Below, in pieces: positions 63,963 through 64,000 of a stretch of DNA of 64,000 bases; within the stretch, counting starts at the first letter, position 1, and each line of letters opens with the position of its first letter. The stretch comes from an uncultured Actinomycetes bacterium (GTDB lineage Bacteria; Actinomycetota; Thermoleophilia; RBG-16-64-13). The stretch lies in the NCBI GenBank assembly GCA_963713545.1, contig CAVQME010000001.1:24540-88539 (forward strand), read 5' to 3'. The notes below the pieces were generated by a model. That model was given only the letters and a program-made list of their open reading frames with translations. It was not told the origin of the DNA and did no database searches. A program made the translations under genes and the position numbers.

Positions 63963-64000
63963 TCAAGCCCCGCAGCACTTCTTGTATTTCTTGCCGCTTC
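63963..64000 (-). CDS. secA: Probable 3' end of secA (C-terminal zinc-binding tail only)
   Basis: The minus strand ends ...GKKYKKCCGA-TGA, resembling the SecA C-terminal Cys-rich tail. secA upstream of prfB is a common arrangement. Only 12 codons are visible. Confidence 0.5.
   Translation of the reverse strand, partial: SGKKYKKCCGA

Overview
A high-G+C (judged by eye, not computed) chromosomal segment with about 60 protein genes, mostly housekeeping. I found no rRNA, tRNA, CRISPR array or transposase. Several gene neighbourhoods follow Firmicutes-like orders: rpsF-ssb-rpsR-yybS-rplI-dnaB, phoH-pgpH-ybeY-dgkA-cdd-like...recO and secA-prfB-ftsE-ftsX-ctpA. Together with the high G+C and anaerobe-type redox enzymes, this suggests a deep-branching anaerobic Actinomycetota-like or similar lineage; that placement is inference only.

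Main observations:
1. A six-gene, translationally coupled operon (32472-40576) has no free-standing porB. The TPP-binding PorB domain instead forms the C-terminus of a 1052-aa protein that also carries a NuoG-type FeS module and a GltD/NfnB-like NAD(P)H-flavin module. NuoE-like and NuoF/HydB-like subunits are encoded just upstream. I read this as a 2-oxoacid oxidoreductase hard-wired to a NuoEF-type, possibly electron-bifurcating, NAD(P)(H) module. I know of no biochemically characterised example.
2. Two thioredoxin-fold genes in one thiol-redox neighbourhood each carry an in-frame TGA at the redox-active Cys position. Each TGA is followed by a stem-loop, so both are candidate selenoproteins.
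3. A TPP riboswitch precedes a thiamine-salvage ECF operon.
4. prfB carries the canonical +1 frameshift site.
5. A BrnT/BrnA toxin-antitoxin pair sits in a lower-GC patch.
6. A perfect 20-bp inverted repeat brackets about 120 nt between rplI and dnaB.
7. There are four clear single-base frame disruptions, in UPF0182, archease, guaB and pgpH, and probably a fifth at the UPF0182 start. Because essential guaB is affected, these look like assembly indel errors rather than real pseudogenes.
8. Two genes appear to start at CTG.

The many long antisense ORFs in the track are GC-driven shadow ORFs.
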